Program-made: the position numbers and the translations under genes | The notes under the pieces: generated by a model | Database searches by the model: none | The model's input: the letters and a program-made list of their open reading frames with translations, nothing else | What the model was told of the DNA's origin: nothing | Shown here: piece by piece, positions 19,492-30,457 of the stretch | How the letters are laid out: each line of letters opens with the position of its first letter | Position numbering within the stretch: position 1 is the stretch's first letter | Assembly: GCA_946410555.1 (NCBI GenBank) | Contig: CAMKAT010000003.1 | Location: forward strand, 5,007 to 69,006 | From: an uncultured Bacillales bacterium | GTDB taxonomy: Bacteria; Bacillota_I; Bacilli_A; RF39; UBA660 | DNA length: 64,000 nucleotides | Reading direction: 5' to 3'

Positions 19492-19573
19492 ATATACTCT
19501 CCCTATTCTTTTAAAATTATATCATAAATAAAAGAATTATTCTTGTTACTTAAATAAAAAAAGAAAATAATTT

Positions 19574-20749
19574 TTAATTATTCTCCTTCTCATATTTATC
19601 AATCAATTCTAAATAATATTCATAAGTATTTTTTGAAATTTCATCCCAAGTTTTACCTAACATTTTATGGGCATTTTTACTAACTTCTTTATGTTTTTTT
19701 TCATGCTCAAGCACTTCTTTGATTTTATCTTTAAAAATTACATTATCAAGTTCACATGTGTAACCGCTTACATTATTGTCTACAGTATCTGCGGTAACAG
19801 AGTCTTCAATAAATAATCCTGGAGTTTCATTAACTGCTGCTTCTATTTGTACTAAGCTTGATGCATCAAATAATGATGGAAACAAAAATAAATCTGCCAT
19901 TTTATAATAAGCTGATAATTCTTTTCTATCTTTTATTTCACCAGTTAGAATTACTCTATCTTCTAGATTATACTCTTTAACTTTACTTTCTAACTTTTTA
20001 AAGTCAGAGCCTGTACCTACATAAAACATTTTAAAGTTATAATTGTCTTCTTTAAGTAGTTTAATAGAATCAAGGATAAAGAATATATTTTTTACTGAAG
20101 TTATTCTTCCAACGAATAAAAGAATCTTTTCATTAGTTAAATTATATTTTTTCTTTAAAGAATTAACTAAAGAAAGATCATCAAGTGGTTTAAGATCAGT
20201 TCCGTTATAAATAATTCTTGGAGTTTTTTTATAACCATAATCTTTAAATACTTTAATCATCTTAGAGTTAATAGCAATTCCTGCATAACACTTATTAAAT
20301 GTCTTTATTATTTTCTTAATAATAAGTTTATTAATAGTTTCATTCTTTGTTACTTTTCTAATTTCAAAATCAAATCTAGTATGCATAGTACATACTGATG
20401 GTATATTTAAGTCTTTAGCTAAATCAGTTCCTAATTTACCTATAGTAAATGGAGAATGAATATGAATAATATCAAACTTTTCATCAAGAAGTTTTTTATA
20501 TTCTTTTGAATGTTTAAGTGATGGTATACCTAACCTATAGTCAGAAAAAGGTACATCAATACTTTTAATTCTAATTATTTTATATGGTTTATTTTTATCT
20601 TCATCGATAGTATTAGTATAAGGAACTACTAAAACTACATCATTAGTTTTAGATAATTCTTTACATAAGTTATCTATTACTAGTACTACTCCATCAATTG
20701 CAGGATAATAACTATCCATAAATATTCCTATTTTAAGTCTTTTCTTCAT
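19574..20749 (-). CDS. Glycosyltransferase family 4 (diacylglycerol glucosyltransferase-like)
   Basis: IGIFMDSYYPAIDGVVLVIDNLCKEL, HIHSPFTIGKLG, VGRITSVKN, FLFPSLFDASSLVQIEA (E-x7-E region). Confidence 0.88.
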   Translation of the reverse strand: MKKRLKIGIFMDSYYPAIDGVVLVIDNLCKELSKTNDVVLVVPYTNTIDEDKNKPYKIIRIKSIDVPFSDYRLGIPSLKHSKEYKKLLDEKFDIIHIHSPFTIGKLGTDLAKDLNIPSVCTMHTRFDFEIRKVTKNETINKLIIKKIIKTFNKCYAGIAINSKMIKVFKDYGYKKTPRIIYNGTDLKPLDDLSLVNSLKKKYNLTNEKILLFVGRITSVKNIFFILDSIKLLKEDNYNFKMFYVGTGSDFKKLESKVKEYNLEDRVILTGEIKDRKELSAYYKMADLFLFPSLFDASSLVQIEAAVNETPGLFIEDSVTADTVDNNVSGYTCELDNVIFKDKIKEVLEHEKKHKEVSKNAHKMLGKTWDEISKNTYEYYLELIDKYEKENN

Positions 20750-20758
20750 ATAATCACC

Positions 20759-21961
20759 TTACATCTTAAAATACTTAATTATAAACTTTGTAACATCATC
20801 ACTAGATTCAACACTAATAGTACCATTATTCTTTTCGATAATAGTCTTAGCTAAAGGTAAACCTATTCCTATTGAATCTTTATTAGAGTTTTTGCTCTTA
20901 TAGAATCTTTCAAAGATATGTTTTATATCTTTAGGATCAATTGTTTCTCCATAATTAATAACAGTTATACTTGAATAAACATTATTTTCATCAAAGATGA
21001 TATCTACTTTTGAGTCTTCTTTAGAATGCTCAATTGCATTCTTAACAATGTTAGTTATTGCTTCTTTTTGCCATAAAGGATCTATATTAATATCCTCTTT
21101 AAATAAACCCTCTACTTTGATAGATACATTCTTTAAGTCACTAATTAACTCTACATTTTTAATAGATGAGTTAACTAATTCTTTAAGACTTGTATTCTTA
21201 TTATTAAATTCAATAGTATTAGATTCAAACTTAGATAGTTTTAGTATGTTTTGAACTAAGAAATTAATATTCATAGTTTCTTTTTTAATATCACCAATAA
21301 ATTCTTGTTTTGTTTCTTCATCCATCTCTCTATTATCTATGATATTATCTAGCATAATTAATATACTAGTAAGTGGAGTCTTAAGTTGATGTGAAATATC
21401 TTCAAGTGAATTTTTAAGTTCTCTCCTTGCATGATCACTATTCTCTGACTCTTCTTTTAAATATATCATTGTCTTATAAATTTCATTCTTTAGAATAGAC
21501 AATTCATCTTCAGTTAAATCATCAATCTTTAAATCATAATTCTTTTTATTTATTTCTTTAATTATATTTATTACTCCATTTATTTCTTTTTCTTTTCTAT
21601 AGTTATAAATAGTAAATATAATAAATAATAAACATAATGGAGATATAAATAGTAATACAGTAACAATTATATTAGTATTAAACTTTTTATTATTAATATT
21701 TATGTATGAATTAGTTCTTGAAGTATATTTTTTAAGTACGCTATCATTATTATCTTTTAAAAGATTACTAACTAAATCTTCTTCATTTACTTCAGGATAT
21801 AATTCTTTTACATTAGAAATTACATCATCAATTTTTTCATTATAATAATAACTATATGTTTTATATGAATATATATTAAAAATAATAAATGATATTAGGC
21901 AAATAATACTTACAATAACACTTATTATTAAATACTTTTTATAGAAAATATTATTCTTCAT
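20759..21961 (-). CDS. Sensor histidine kinase
   Basis: Two TM segments, SLEDISHQLKTPLTSILIML (H box), NIVKNAIEHS (N box), SIGIGLPLAKTIIEKNNG (G box). Confidence 0.95.
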   Translation of the reverse strand: MKNNIFYKKYLIISVIVSIICLISFIIFNIYSYKTYSYYYNEKIDDVISNVKELYPEVNEEDLVSNLLKDNNDSVLKKYTSRTNSYININNKKFNTNIIVTVLLFISPLCLLFIIFTIYNYRKEKEINGVINIIKEINKKNYDLKIDDLTEDELSILKNEIYKTMIYLKEESENSDHARRELKNSLEDISHQLKTPLTSILIMLDNIIDNREMDEETKQEFIGDIKKETMNINFLVQNILKLSKFESNTIEFNNKNTSLKELVNSSIKNVELISDLKNVSIKVEGLFKEDINIDPLWQKEAITNIVKNAIEHSKEDSKVDIIFDENNVYSSITVINYGETIDPKDIKHIFERFYKSKNSNKDSIGIGLPLAKTIIEKNNGTISVESSDDVTKFIIKYFKM

Positions 21962-22607
21962 TTAATCTATAACCTATTCCTTTGACTGTTTTAATTGATG
22001 TTTCTCCAAGTTTTTCTCTGATTCTTTTTAAATAAACAGTAACTGTATGATCATCAATATAATTACCCGTCCATTCAAATACTTTGTCGAGAATGTTATC
22101 CCTGGAAACAACTGAGCCTTTATTTAAAAATAGTAAGTTAACTATTTTCAATTCTAATGGAGATAGTTCGACTTCTTTATCATCTTTAAGAAGTTTCATT
22201 GATTCAATATCATATTTTAAATTATTTATAGTTATTATTGTTTTCTTTTTATTTCTGAGTAGTATTTTATTTATTCTTGCAAGTAGTTCTTTAGTACTAA
22301 ATGGTTTAGTAATATAATCTTCAGCACCAAGATCTAAACCCTTAACAACATTGTTTTCATCATCTAAGGCAGTTAAGAATATAACAGGTATATCTTTATC
22401 CTTTAATGAATTATTAAAGAAATCAAAACCATTACCATCAGGAAGTGTTACATCTAGAACTATTAAATCAATATTTGAGTTATTTAATAAATAATTCTTA
22501 GCATCTAAGATACTAGATTTATAACTTAAATTATAATTAGTATTTTTAAATGCATATATAAGTCCTTTGATAATCATTTCATTATCTTCGATAAGTAAAA
22601 TATTCAT
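21951..22607 (-). CDS. OmpR-family response regulator
   Basis: LLIEDNEMIIKGL, LIVLDVTLPDGNG, YITKPFSTKELLARI, C-terminal winged helix TVTVYLKRIREKLG...IKTVKGIGYRL. Confidence 0.95.
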   Translation of the reverse strand: MNILLIEDNEMIIKGLIYAFKNTNYNLSYKSSILDAKNYLLNNSNIDLIVLDVTLPDGNGFDFFNNSLKDKDIPVIFLTALDDENNVVKGLDLGAEDYITKPFSTKELLARINKILLRNKKKTIITINNLKYDIESMKLLKDDKEVELSPLELKIVNLLFLNKGSVVSRDNILDKVFEWTGNYIDDHTVTVYLKRIREKLGETSIKTVKGIGYRLNEE

Positions 22608-22649
22608 ACTACCACCTTTTAAATTATATCATATATTTTAATAAGCAAA

Positions 22650-22680
22650 TAAAAAGACAACACTAAGTGTTGTCAATTTA
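22650..22680 (-). terminator. Intrinsic terminator of first giant gene
   Basis: minus strand: TTGACAACACTTAGTGTTGTCTTTTTATT. Confidence 0.75.
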
Positions 22681-25600
22681 TAAAGATTTAGTTTTACCTT
22701 TATAGTAATTATATAATTTAGATACATCACTTAAATTAACTGAACTAGAATTATTAACTTTTGCAGCTTTTAAGTAATTACCAGTTAAAGTAGTTTTACC
22801 TTTATAGTAGTTATATATCTTAGATACATCACTTAAGTTAATATAACCATCTCCAGTTACATCTCCGATAAGTACAAGTTTATATTCTGCGTTTCCAACT
22901 TTAACTGTAGTATCAGTACCAATAGCTATATTAGTGGTAATTTCAGTTCCGTTTTTAATAACTTTTATTTGATCTGTTGCTGTAATATTATTAACAAAAT
23001 CATTTCTTAAAAGCGTTTTAACAACTGGACTTACTTTAATAGTAGTAGTATCAATTGTATACTTGTTTGATGTTACTGGTGATACCTCACTATTAATACT
23101 ATTCTTAAGATGATCTACGATCATACTAGCTATTTTAACAAATCCATAATCACCAGGGTGACCCGCAATTCCATCGTTTGTTACATATAAAGTTGATCTA
23201 TTAACGTCATAGTATTTAGCTCCCATGAATGAATTTTCTCTAGCACTACTTTTGTTATATTGAATTACTTCAATATTATTGTTATCTGCAACTTCTTGCA
23301 TCTCACCAATTGTGTATACATTAACTTTAGTGTTATACATAACATAAATCTTTGCTTCCGGATATGCTTTAATAAATTCTTTTAAGAAGTAGTCAAAGTC
23401 AGATTTGAATGTTGCTCTTCGATCTTCAAAACTTCCAACATTTTCTCCAAGTTGAAGGAATACTGTTTTAGTTGGAAGATTAGGATCGATAAGTCCGTTA
23501 AACTCATCAATTATTTCTTGAGTTTTTTCTTTTCTTAACTCTGGAGTGACTGCAGATTCCCAACGGTTAACTGTAGTTCTTACAGGTTTAATATTTGGAT
23601 TTAAACTCTTTAAGTATTGAGTAACATAATAATAGTAGTCATACTCTATGTCAGTTGCAGCCATACCTTGAGAACCAAATCCTTTAGTATAAGAGTTTCC
23701 TAAGACAATTACATTTTGAGCTTCGATTGCTTTAGAGTCTTTGTTAGTATTAAATCCAAGAAGTTTAACATCCATCTTAGCATCACTAACTGTATGATTA
23801 GTAATATCAATACTAACTCCATCCATTAGGAATTCTCTTTTATATTTATCTACGAATCTATATTTAGCACCTGTGATTACATTATCACTATTACTTAATG
23901 TTTTAACTTCATAAGAACCACTATCACCATAATGAAGTTCATCAAATAATACTATATAATTTTTACCATCACCTTGGATTAAAGGTCTATAGTTTTTTAG
24001 TGGTATATAATATAGATTAGCTCCATAAGTACTCTTCATATTTTCAATAATAGATTCAAATGAAGATGGACCAAATAATTGGAATCCAACTGGACTTACA
24101 GTAGTAATAACTGTTACATCTGTTGGTAATGTAAATGATTCATTTGGAATTACTAATTTATTAAAGTTAGGTAAATCTTTAAGAGCTCCAATTTCTGCGG
24201 TAGTAATATTAGCACCTAAGACAACTGACTCAAGATACTTACAGTTCTTTAAAACAATTTCACTAAGTTTTGTAACCTTAGATGGAAATACTATAACTCT
24301 AAGTCTTGGGTTACTCATGAATGCACCAGTATTAATATTCTCTACTGATTCAGGAATATTAATAGCATCTATATATGTATAAGAAAGTGCATATGAATCA
24401 ATCGTAGTAACTAAATCACCTTCGAATGTAATGGATGTAAAGTAAGGAGATCCTCCTAACCAATTTGATGGATTAGAGAAATTGTAAGGAATCTTTGTTA
24501 CTTTAGGACCTATATAAAGTTTAATTCCTGTAGACTTCTTACCTACCATATAAAGACTCATGTTATTTGTTTTTAAACTTTTTAAACTCTTAGCATTAAA
24601 ATGGAATTCTTGTACATAGAATAAATTTGTAAATGCATAAGTACCTATATAAGTAACATTTTCATCTATAACTACTTTACTTATGTAACCCTTATATTGA
24701 TTCCAAGGAGTTTCAGATGCAGCATTATAATCTGCCATATCTCCAGACCCTGAGATTGTAAGAGTTCTTTTACTCAAATTAATTGTATAAGTAGCATTTC
24801 CTGTTGTTCCTGTAACTGTATTAGTAGGATTACTACTTGAATCATCATAAATTACAAACTCATTATCTTTTAACATTCCTTCGTTATATTTAAGTTGTTT
24901 ATTATAATCAAATAAAATCTTTTGAGTATCGTTTGAATAAATATATCCAAACAATCTACCGTTATAATTATAGAATTTATTATTTCTAATGATTGGTAAT
25001 GATTCAGCATTACTTGCGGATATATGTAACATGACTGGACCAACATATGTAGTATCATCTGGTTTTAAATTAACATTTGTTGTATCAAATATATTATTCT
25101 CAATAATATATTCTCCATTATGTTCAACCACGTTCTTTGTTTCACTAGAAACATCCCAAGCTTTTATTAATGCTTCAGTATGTCTTGGTCTTGTTTCTGT
25201 ATAACCATATCCTGAAGTTCTTAAGATATTATTTTTGATATACATTTGATTTATATATGTTTGATTAGTATATTTTGTTTCACTTGTTTCTCTAGTTTCA
25301 TTCCAATACTCAATTGCATAAGCACAATTTTCAATAACATTACCATCGAATGTCGCTTTTTCAACCTTTGATGCATGACCAGCATCAGCCGTATATTGGA
25401 AAGTTAATCCTGCATCATATATTTCATAAACATAATTGTTTTTAAGTACAAATCCATCTTTAACTGGATAACCAGTACGACTCTTTACTTCTCCATAGAT
25501 TTCTACTCCATTACCTAACCTTGTAGGTCTTCCATCATCATTATAGTATTGTTTCATACCTCCGATATAAGCAATTTCACAATTACTAATAGTTAGATTA

Positions 25601-26496
25601 GCAACAGTACCACCATTGATACCATGATGACCATAGAATTTAACTTCTAGATTATCTATCACAATATCAGTATAATTACCAAATGCTATACCACTATTAC
25701 CTGGAGCTATTTCTATATCGTCAAATCTTTCACCAGGGTTACCTACAGAATATAAATATAAATTTTTACCTGTTTTTTCAGCATTTGAAGCATGACCAGA
25801 ATGATAAAAATCTAAGTCATTAGTTAATAATTCGAAAATATTTTCATCTGTATCTTCGAATGTTTTATAAGGAATTTTCTTATCACCAAAACTATATTTA
25901 GTTTTTCCGTCAGTTGTAGTTCTTGAACAATTGTTATTACCTTTATTACAGAAGAACCAAATAGCTCCGATATCACTTGTAATAACTGCATCTTTGCCAT
26001 TTTGTTGGTACTTCCAAATATTAGGAGAAACTTCTACCCAAAGACTTGCATTTGCAGAGTTTTGAGATGGACCATAAATCTTAGGTTTACCCTTTTTAAT
26101 ATCTCCGTATGATCCTAATGTTAAACCATAAACTTGTAGTGATAAACTACCTCTGAATGTATCTCCATCATTAAATAGGATTGCATCTCCATTTTTAAAT
26201 GTTTTTGCATACATCATGTTCATTACTTTGCTTAATGATTTTATTGGTCTTTCTTTAGATAATCCATCATTTGCATCGCTACCACTTGCAGATACATAAT
26301 AAATATTACCTGTGATTTTAGTAATATCTGTATTACCATTATTTTTTATTTCATTAATTCTTGTAACTGCTAATTCCTTTATTGCCTCAGGAGTAATACT
26401 ATAAGTACTAGTCACTGAAACGATAAAAGTGGTGATAGTAAACACCAATAATGCGATAAATAATTTAAGTTTCTTTTCTCTCATAACTATCACCAC
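22678..26496 (-). CDS. Giant secreted multidomain protein 1: beta-helix + BspA-type LRR + SGNH-hydrolase-like + dockerin-like
   Basis: IYYVSASGSDANDGLSKERPIKSLSKV (beta-helix entry), TLTISGSGDMADYN..VTYIGTYAF (LRR_5/BspA), NVIVLGNSYTKG...LQLGENVG...GHPGDYGF (SGNH-like blocks), GDVTGDGYINLSDVSKIYNYYKGK (dockerin-like repeat). Confidence 0.85.
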   Translation of the reverse strand: MVIVMREKKLKLFIALLVFTITTFIVSVTSTYSITPEAIKELAVTRINEIKNNGNTDITKITGNIYYVSASGSDANDGLSKERPIKSLSKVMNMMYAKTFKNGDAILFNDGDTFRGSLSLQVYGLTLGSYGDIKKGKPKIYGPSQNSANASLWVEVSPNIWKYQQNGKDAVITSDIGAIWFFCNKGNNNCSRTTTDGKTKYSFGDKKIPYKTFEDTDENIFELLTNDLDFYHSGHASNAEKTGKNLYLYSVGNPGERFDDIEIAPGNSGIAFGNYTDIVIDNLEVKFYGHHGINGGTVANLTISNCEIAYIGGMKQYYNDDGRPTRLGNGVEIYGEVKSRTGYPVKDGFVLKNNYVYEIYDAGLTFQYTADAGHASKVEKATFDGNVIENCAYAIEYWNETRETSETKYTNQTYINQMYIKNNILRTSGYGYTETRPRHTEALIKAWDVSSETKNVVEHNGEYIIENNIFDTTNVNLKPDDTTYVGPVMLHISASNAESLPIIRNNKFYNYNGRLFGYIYSNDTQKILFDYNKQLKYNEGMLKDNEFVIYDDSSSNPTNTVTGTTGNATYTINLSKRTLTISGSGDMADYNAASETPWNQYKGYISKVVIDENVTYIGTYAFTNLFYVQEFHFNAKSLKSLKTNNMSLYMVGKKSTGIKLYIGPKVTKIPYNFSNPSNWLGGSPYFTSITFEGDLVTTIDSYALSYTYIDAINIPESVENINTGAFMSNPRLRVIVFPSKVTKLSEIVLKNCKYLESVVLGANITTAEIGALKDLPNFNKLVIPNESFTLPTDVTVITTVSPVGFQLFGPSSFESIIENMKSTYGANLYYIPLKNYRPLIQGDGKNYIVLFDELHYGDSGSYEVKTLSNSDNVITGAKYRFVDKYKREFLMDGVSIDITNHTVSDAKMDVKLLGFNTNKDSKAIEAQNVIVLGNSYTKGFGSQGMAATDIEYDYYYYVTQYLKSLNPNIKPVRTTVNRWESAVTPELRKEKTQEIIDEFNGLIDPNLPTKTVFLQLGENVGSFEDRRATFKSDFDYFLKEFIKAYPEAKIYVMYNTKVNVYTIGEMQEVADNNNIEVIQYNKSSARENSFMGAKYYDVNRSTLYVTNDGIAGHPGDYGFVKIASMIVDHLKNSINSEVSPVTSNKYTIDTTTIKVSPVVKTLLRNDFVNNITATDQIKVIKNGTEITTNIAIGTDTTVKVGNAEYKLVLIGDVTGDGYINLSDVSKIYNYYKGKTTLTGNYLKAAKVNNSSSVNLSDVSKLYNYYKGKTKSL
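22681..22866 (-). other. Dockerin-like C-terminal module of giant protein 1
   Basis: GDVTGDGYINLSDVSKIYNYYKGKTTLTGNYLKAAKVNNSSSVNLSDVSKLYNYYKGKTKSL: two ~24-aa repeats, first with canonical D-x-x-x-D-G-x-I-N-x-x-D calcium loop. Confidence 0.8.
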
Positions 26497-26503
26497 CTCT
26501 TTT

Positions 26504-29500
26504 CTATATGTTGTTTATTTTACCTTTATAAAAATTATAAAGCTTTGAAACATCTCCAAGCACTACTGATGATGATTCAGTAATCCTTCCTGCTTCTAAA
26601 TAATCTCCTGTTAAAGTTGTTTTCTTTTTATAGGAATTATAAAGTTTTGAAACATCACTTAGATTAATAATTCCATCACCAGTTACGTCTCCTCTTACTA
26701 TAACTTTATACTCTATATCTTTAACCTTTACTTTAGAACCGGTACCAACATATGTATTAGTATCAAGTTTTACTCCACCAACATAAATATCATAATCATA
26801 ATCTGATGTAATATTATTTTTAAGTTCATTTCTCATGTAATTCTTAGAAGTTGGTTTTGCAATGATTGTTTTATTTTGAATTTTATACTTAGTAGATTTA
26901 ATTTCTATTGTTTTAGTATCTAAATTACTCTTTAAATAATCTATTGCCATATTAGCTAAGTTTAAGCTTCCATAATCATTTGGATGGCAGGCTACTCCTT
27001 CATTTGTAACATATGCAGCCTTATTAGATGCATTATAATATTTAGCACCAATAAATGTTTCATATCTTTTAGATGCACCTTTATATCCTCCATATAATGT
27101 AGCATCTACATTATATTTACTTGCTACATTTAAAAGTGGAGTCTTTATATTACTTGGTAACCAATGAGGATAAAGAATAATTATTTTTGCATTTGGATAT
27201 GCTTTTTGGAATTCTGAAATCATATAATCAAATGATGATTCAACATTTACTTGTCTTTCAGGAAAGCTTGCATTAGCTAAGTTTTCACCAAGTTGAATAA
27301 AGAATAAATCTACATTATTTGGATCATCAATCTTTGCATTATATTGACTGATTAAATTTTGAACTTCAGCATTTCTATCTACTGGTATATAAGTTGTAGG
27401 TGTCGTAGAATAGTCTCCTTTTCTTACTTCTTCCCAATGATTAATTGCTAATCTATATGATTTAACATTTGGACTTAAACTCTTTAAATATTGATTCATG
27501 TAATGATAATAATCAGTATCAACATCGGTTGATCCCATAGAATGTGTTGCCCAACCAATTAAAAATGAGTTACCTAAATATAATACATTCTTAGCATCAA
27601 GTATCTTATTATCTTTATTATAAATATTTCCGGTTAATTCAACATCCATATAAATATTACTTAAAGTATTACTATTTAAATCAATGTTTGGTCCATCAAA
27701 TAAATATTTGTGTTTAAACCTATCAATATATCTATATTTCGCTCCCGTTATATTAACTGATGCATTAGCAAGTGCTTTTACTTCATAAGTAGTAGATTCA
27801 CCATAATGGAAATCATCATATAATGCATAGAATGTTTTACTATCTCCCCAAATCATTGGTCTATAGTAAGTATCTAGAGAAACATAATAAGCATTTACTC
27901 CGATTGACTTAAGTGAATTTACTACAGTTTCAATACTTTGAGGTCCAAAGAATTGAATACCAGTTGATTCAAATGGAACTTTATAAGTTGTTACATTATT
28001 TTCAGTTGTAGTTGTAATACCAAATACATTAGCTGATGGATCGAAATTAAAGTTAGGATTTGTAATTACAAGTCTTTCTAAATGTTTAAGATTACTTAAC
28101 GAATTAGCATTTAATGTTGTTAAATTTTTACCTAAGATAACAACTTCTAGATTATAGCAACTACCAATTACATTTCCATTAAGTGTAGTAAGATTATCTG
28201 GTAGTTTTGCAACTTTTAAACCTCGGTTATAGAAGAATGCACCATATCCAATACTTGTAACACTTTCAGGTAATAATAAAAATTCAAATGATAAATATGC
28301 AAATGAATATTTACCTATCGTTGTTACTTTATTACCTTTGAATTCGTATTCAGTAATATTAGGTGTAAAATCTTTAGTGGACTTTTTAAGCTTCTCTTTT
28401 TCTTCTTGAGTTAGTGATACTGGAAATAATAAATAATCAGGAATCATAGTAACATTTGCTCCAATTATAATCTTAGTTCCAGCAGTAGATCTACCTACTC
28501 TAGAGAAAGCATAGTTTTTATTTGCAAGATTGCTTGCAGTCTTTGCATTATAATTTATAATTTTAACATACTCTAATCCTTCGAAAGCATAATTTCCTAT
28601 CTTAGTTACATTCTCATCAATTGTAATAGTCTTAATATATTCTTTATATTGATGCCATGGTGCTACACTTGATTCAGTATAGTCTGCCATTGCACCACTA
28701 CCAGATATTTTAAGTTCTAATGTTTTAAAGTTTAATGTCCATGTTGCACTTCCGGTAGTACCTGAGATTTTATCAGTTCTTCTTGAAGGTTCATCAAATA
28801 TATAGAATTCATTACCTTCGAAATATCCTTCGGTATTTTTTACCATACTATTGTAAGGAATAAATGCTCTAACATTATCTGATGATCCAATTTGACCTAA
28901 ATTTCTATTACTATAATTATAGAATTTATTATTTTTAAATACTGGCAATGACTCTATATTAGTTGTATCAATATGAAGCATCCAAATTCCAGTTAATACT
29001 CCATATTTATCTTTAAGTTGTCCTGTTGTATCAAATATATTATTTTCAATAATAAATTCGTTTTTGACTCTATTCCAAGATTCTGAACCACCATCCCAAG
29101 CTTTGATTAATGCTTCGTAACCATGTTCTGGTCTTACTTCAGTGAATCCCATACCAGCATATCTTAAAATATTATTAGTAAAATAAATGTTACCTAAATA
29201 TGTTTCTTTAATTAATTCTTGATTAGTTGCTTCATTAGTACCATTCCAATATTCTATGTTGTAACTACAATATTCTACGACATTATTATCATAAGTTAGT
29301 CTTTCAACTCTGTTTTTCTTGCCCTCTGCTGCAGTATATTGGAAAGTTAATCCAGCATCATATATCTCATATATGTAATTATTTCTTGCAACATATCCAT
29401 CTTTTACAGTATATCCATTAATATTATCAATTGCTCCATAAGATTGAATACCATTACCTAATCTTAATCCCCAATGACCATCTGCATCATATTTTTGAGT

Positions 29501-30442
29501 CATTCCACCAATATAACTAATTTCACAATTAGTAACAGTAACATTAGCTACATTATTAATAGCTATGGCATGTCTTCCAAAGAAACTTATTTCTAAGTTA
29601 TCAATAATAGTATCTGAATAATTTCCTACTTTAATTCCGTTATCACCAAGAGATATTTCAATATCATCAAATCTAGTACTTGGATTACTAGTAGAATAAA
29701 GATATAAAACACCACCAGTAGTTGATGATTCACAAGCATGACCCATATGATAGAACTGTAAGTCTTTAGTTAATTGAGAAACTGCAAATGATTCTGATTC
29801 AGTTACATTATCATTAGACATTCTCTTATCACCAAAACTATATTTAGTTTTTCCATCAGTTGTAGTTCTTGTACAATTATTATTACCACTCTTACAGAAG
29901 AACCAAATAGCTCCAACATCTTTAGGGAATTTTTTATCTTTTCCATCTACTTGGTATTTCCATACATTACCTGATACTTTTACCCAAGAACCTGTCGTAG
30001 CAGCATTTGCTTCAGATCCATGAATCTTAGGTTTTCCTTTAGATATTGTTCCATATGAACCGAATAAAATATTATGATCTTTAAGTGTTAAATTACTACC
30101 TTTGAATGTATCACCATCTCTAAATAGAACTGCATCACCTTTTTTAATTGTTTTATTACCAAGTAATTCATTTACTTTTGCTGTAGTTTTTAGTGGTTTA
30201 CTTTGTGATTTTCCATCATTTGAATCATTACCATCATTAGATACATAATAAATAGTACCTGTTACTTTAGATACATCTGTATTTTGTGTAGATCTAATCT
30301 CGTTTATTCTTGTCTTTACTAAAGAAGTAATTGAACTATTATCTGTGATAGAAAGTGAATTACTTCCAGACAATAAAAAAAGAGATAAAGAAAATACTAG
30401 TAAACATACCATTACCTTGTATTTCTTCTTCATCTCTTTCAC
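26504..30442 (-). CDS. Giant secreted multidomain protein 2 (same architecture)
   Basis: Same order of modules: IYYVSNDGNDSNDGKSQSKPLKT; LKISGSGAMADY; VLYLGNSFLIGW...FIQLGENLA...ACHPNDYGS; GDVTGDGIINLSDVSKLYNSYKKK. Confidence 0.85.
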   Translation of the reverse strand: MKEMKKKYKVMVCLLVFSLSLFLLSGSNSLSITDNSSITSLVKTRINEIRSTQNTDVSKVTGTIYYVSNDGNDSNDGKSQSKPLKTTAKVNELLGNKTIKKGDAVLFRDGDTFKGSNLTLKDHNILFGSYGTISKGKPKIHGSEANAATTGSWVKVSGNVWKYQVDGKDKKFPKDVGAIWFFCKSGNNNCTRTTTDGKTKYSFGDKRMSNDNVTESESFAVSQLTKDLQFYHMGHACESSTTGGVLYLYSTSNPSTRFDDIEISLGDNGIKVGNYSDTIIDNLEISFFGRHAIAINNVANVTVTNCEISYIGGMTQKYDADGHWGLRLGNGIQSYGAIDNINGYTVKDGYVARNNYIYEIYDAGLTFQYTAAEGKKNRVERLTYDNNVVEYCSYNIEYWNGTNEATNQELIKETYLGNIYFTNNILRYAGMGFTEVRPEHGYEALIKAWDGGSESWNRVKNEFIIENNIFDTTGQLKDKYGVLTGIWMLHIDTTNIESLPVFKNNKFYNYSNRNLGQIGSSDNVRAFIPYNSMVKNTEGYFEGNEFYIFDEPSRRTDKISGTTGSATWTLNFKTLELKISGSGAMADYTESSVAPWHQYKEYIKTITIDENVTKIGNYAFEGLEYVKIINYNAKTASNLANKNYAFSRVGRSTAGTKIIIGANVTMIPDYLLFPVSLTQEEKEKLKKSTKDFTPNITEYEFKGNKVTTIGKYSFAYLSFEFLLLPESVTSIGYGAFFYNRGLKVAKLPDNLTTLNGNVIGSCYNLEVVILGKNLTTLNANSLSNLKHLERLVITNPNFNFDPSANVFGITTTTENNVTTYKVPFESTGIQFFGPQSIETVVNSLKSIGVNAYYVSLDTYYRPMIWGDSKTFYALYDDFHYGESTTYEVKALANASVNITGAKYRYIDRFKHKYLFDGPNIDLNSNTLSNIYMDVELTGNIYNKDNKILDAKNVLYLGNSFLIGWATHSMGSTDVDTDYYHYMNQYLKSLSPNVKSYRLAINHWEEVRKGDYSTTPTTYIPVDRNAEVQNLISQYNAKIDDPNNVDLFFIQLGENLANASFPERQVNVESSFDYMISEFQKAYPNAKIIILYPHWLPSNIKTPLLNVASKYNVDATLYGGYKGASKRYETFIGAKYYNASNKAAYVTNEGVACHPNDYGSLNLANMAIDYLKSNLDTKTIEIKSTKYKIQNKTIIAKPTSKNYMRNELKNNITSDYDYDIYVGGVKLDTNTYVGTGSKVKVKDIEYKVIVRGDVTGDGIINLSDVSKLYNSYKKKTTLTGDYLEAGRITESSSVVLGDVSKLYNFYKGKINNI
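26507..26692 (-). other. Dockerin-like C-terminal module of giant protein 2
   Basis: GDVTGDGIINLSDVSKLYNSYKKKTTLTGDYLEAGRITESSSVVLGDVSKLYNFYKGKINNI. Confidence 0.8.
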
Positions 30443-30457
30443 CTCAATTCTAAGTTG

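Noticed and set aside
20759-22607. Assigning the two-component system to bacitracin/lantibiotic resistance (Bce/Vnc type)
   Set aside because: The FtsX-type ABC transporter is 13 kb away and not adjacent; sensor architecture (two TM, ~70-aa loop) is not diagnostic.
24870-25058. 62-aa minus-strand ORF inside giant gene 1
   Set aside because: Out-of-frame within a well supported beta-helix coding region; no SD.
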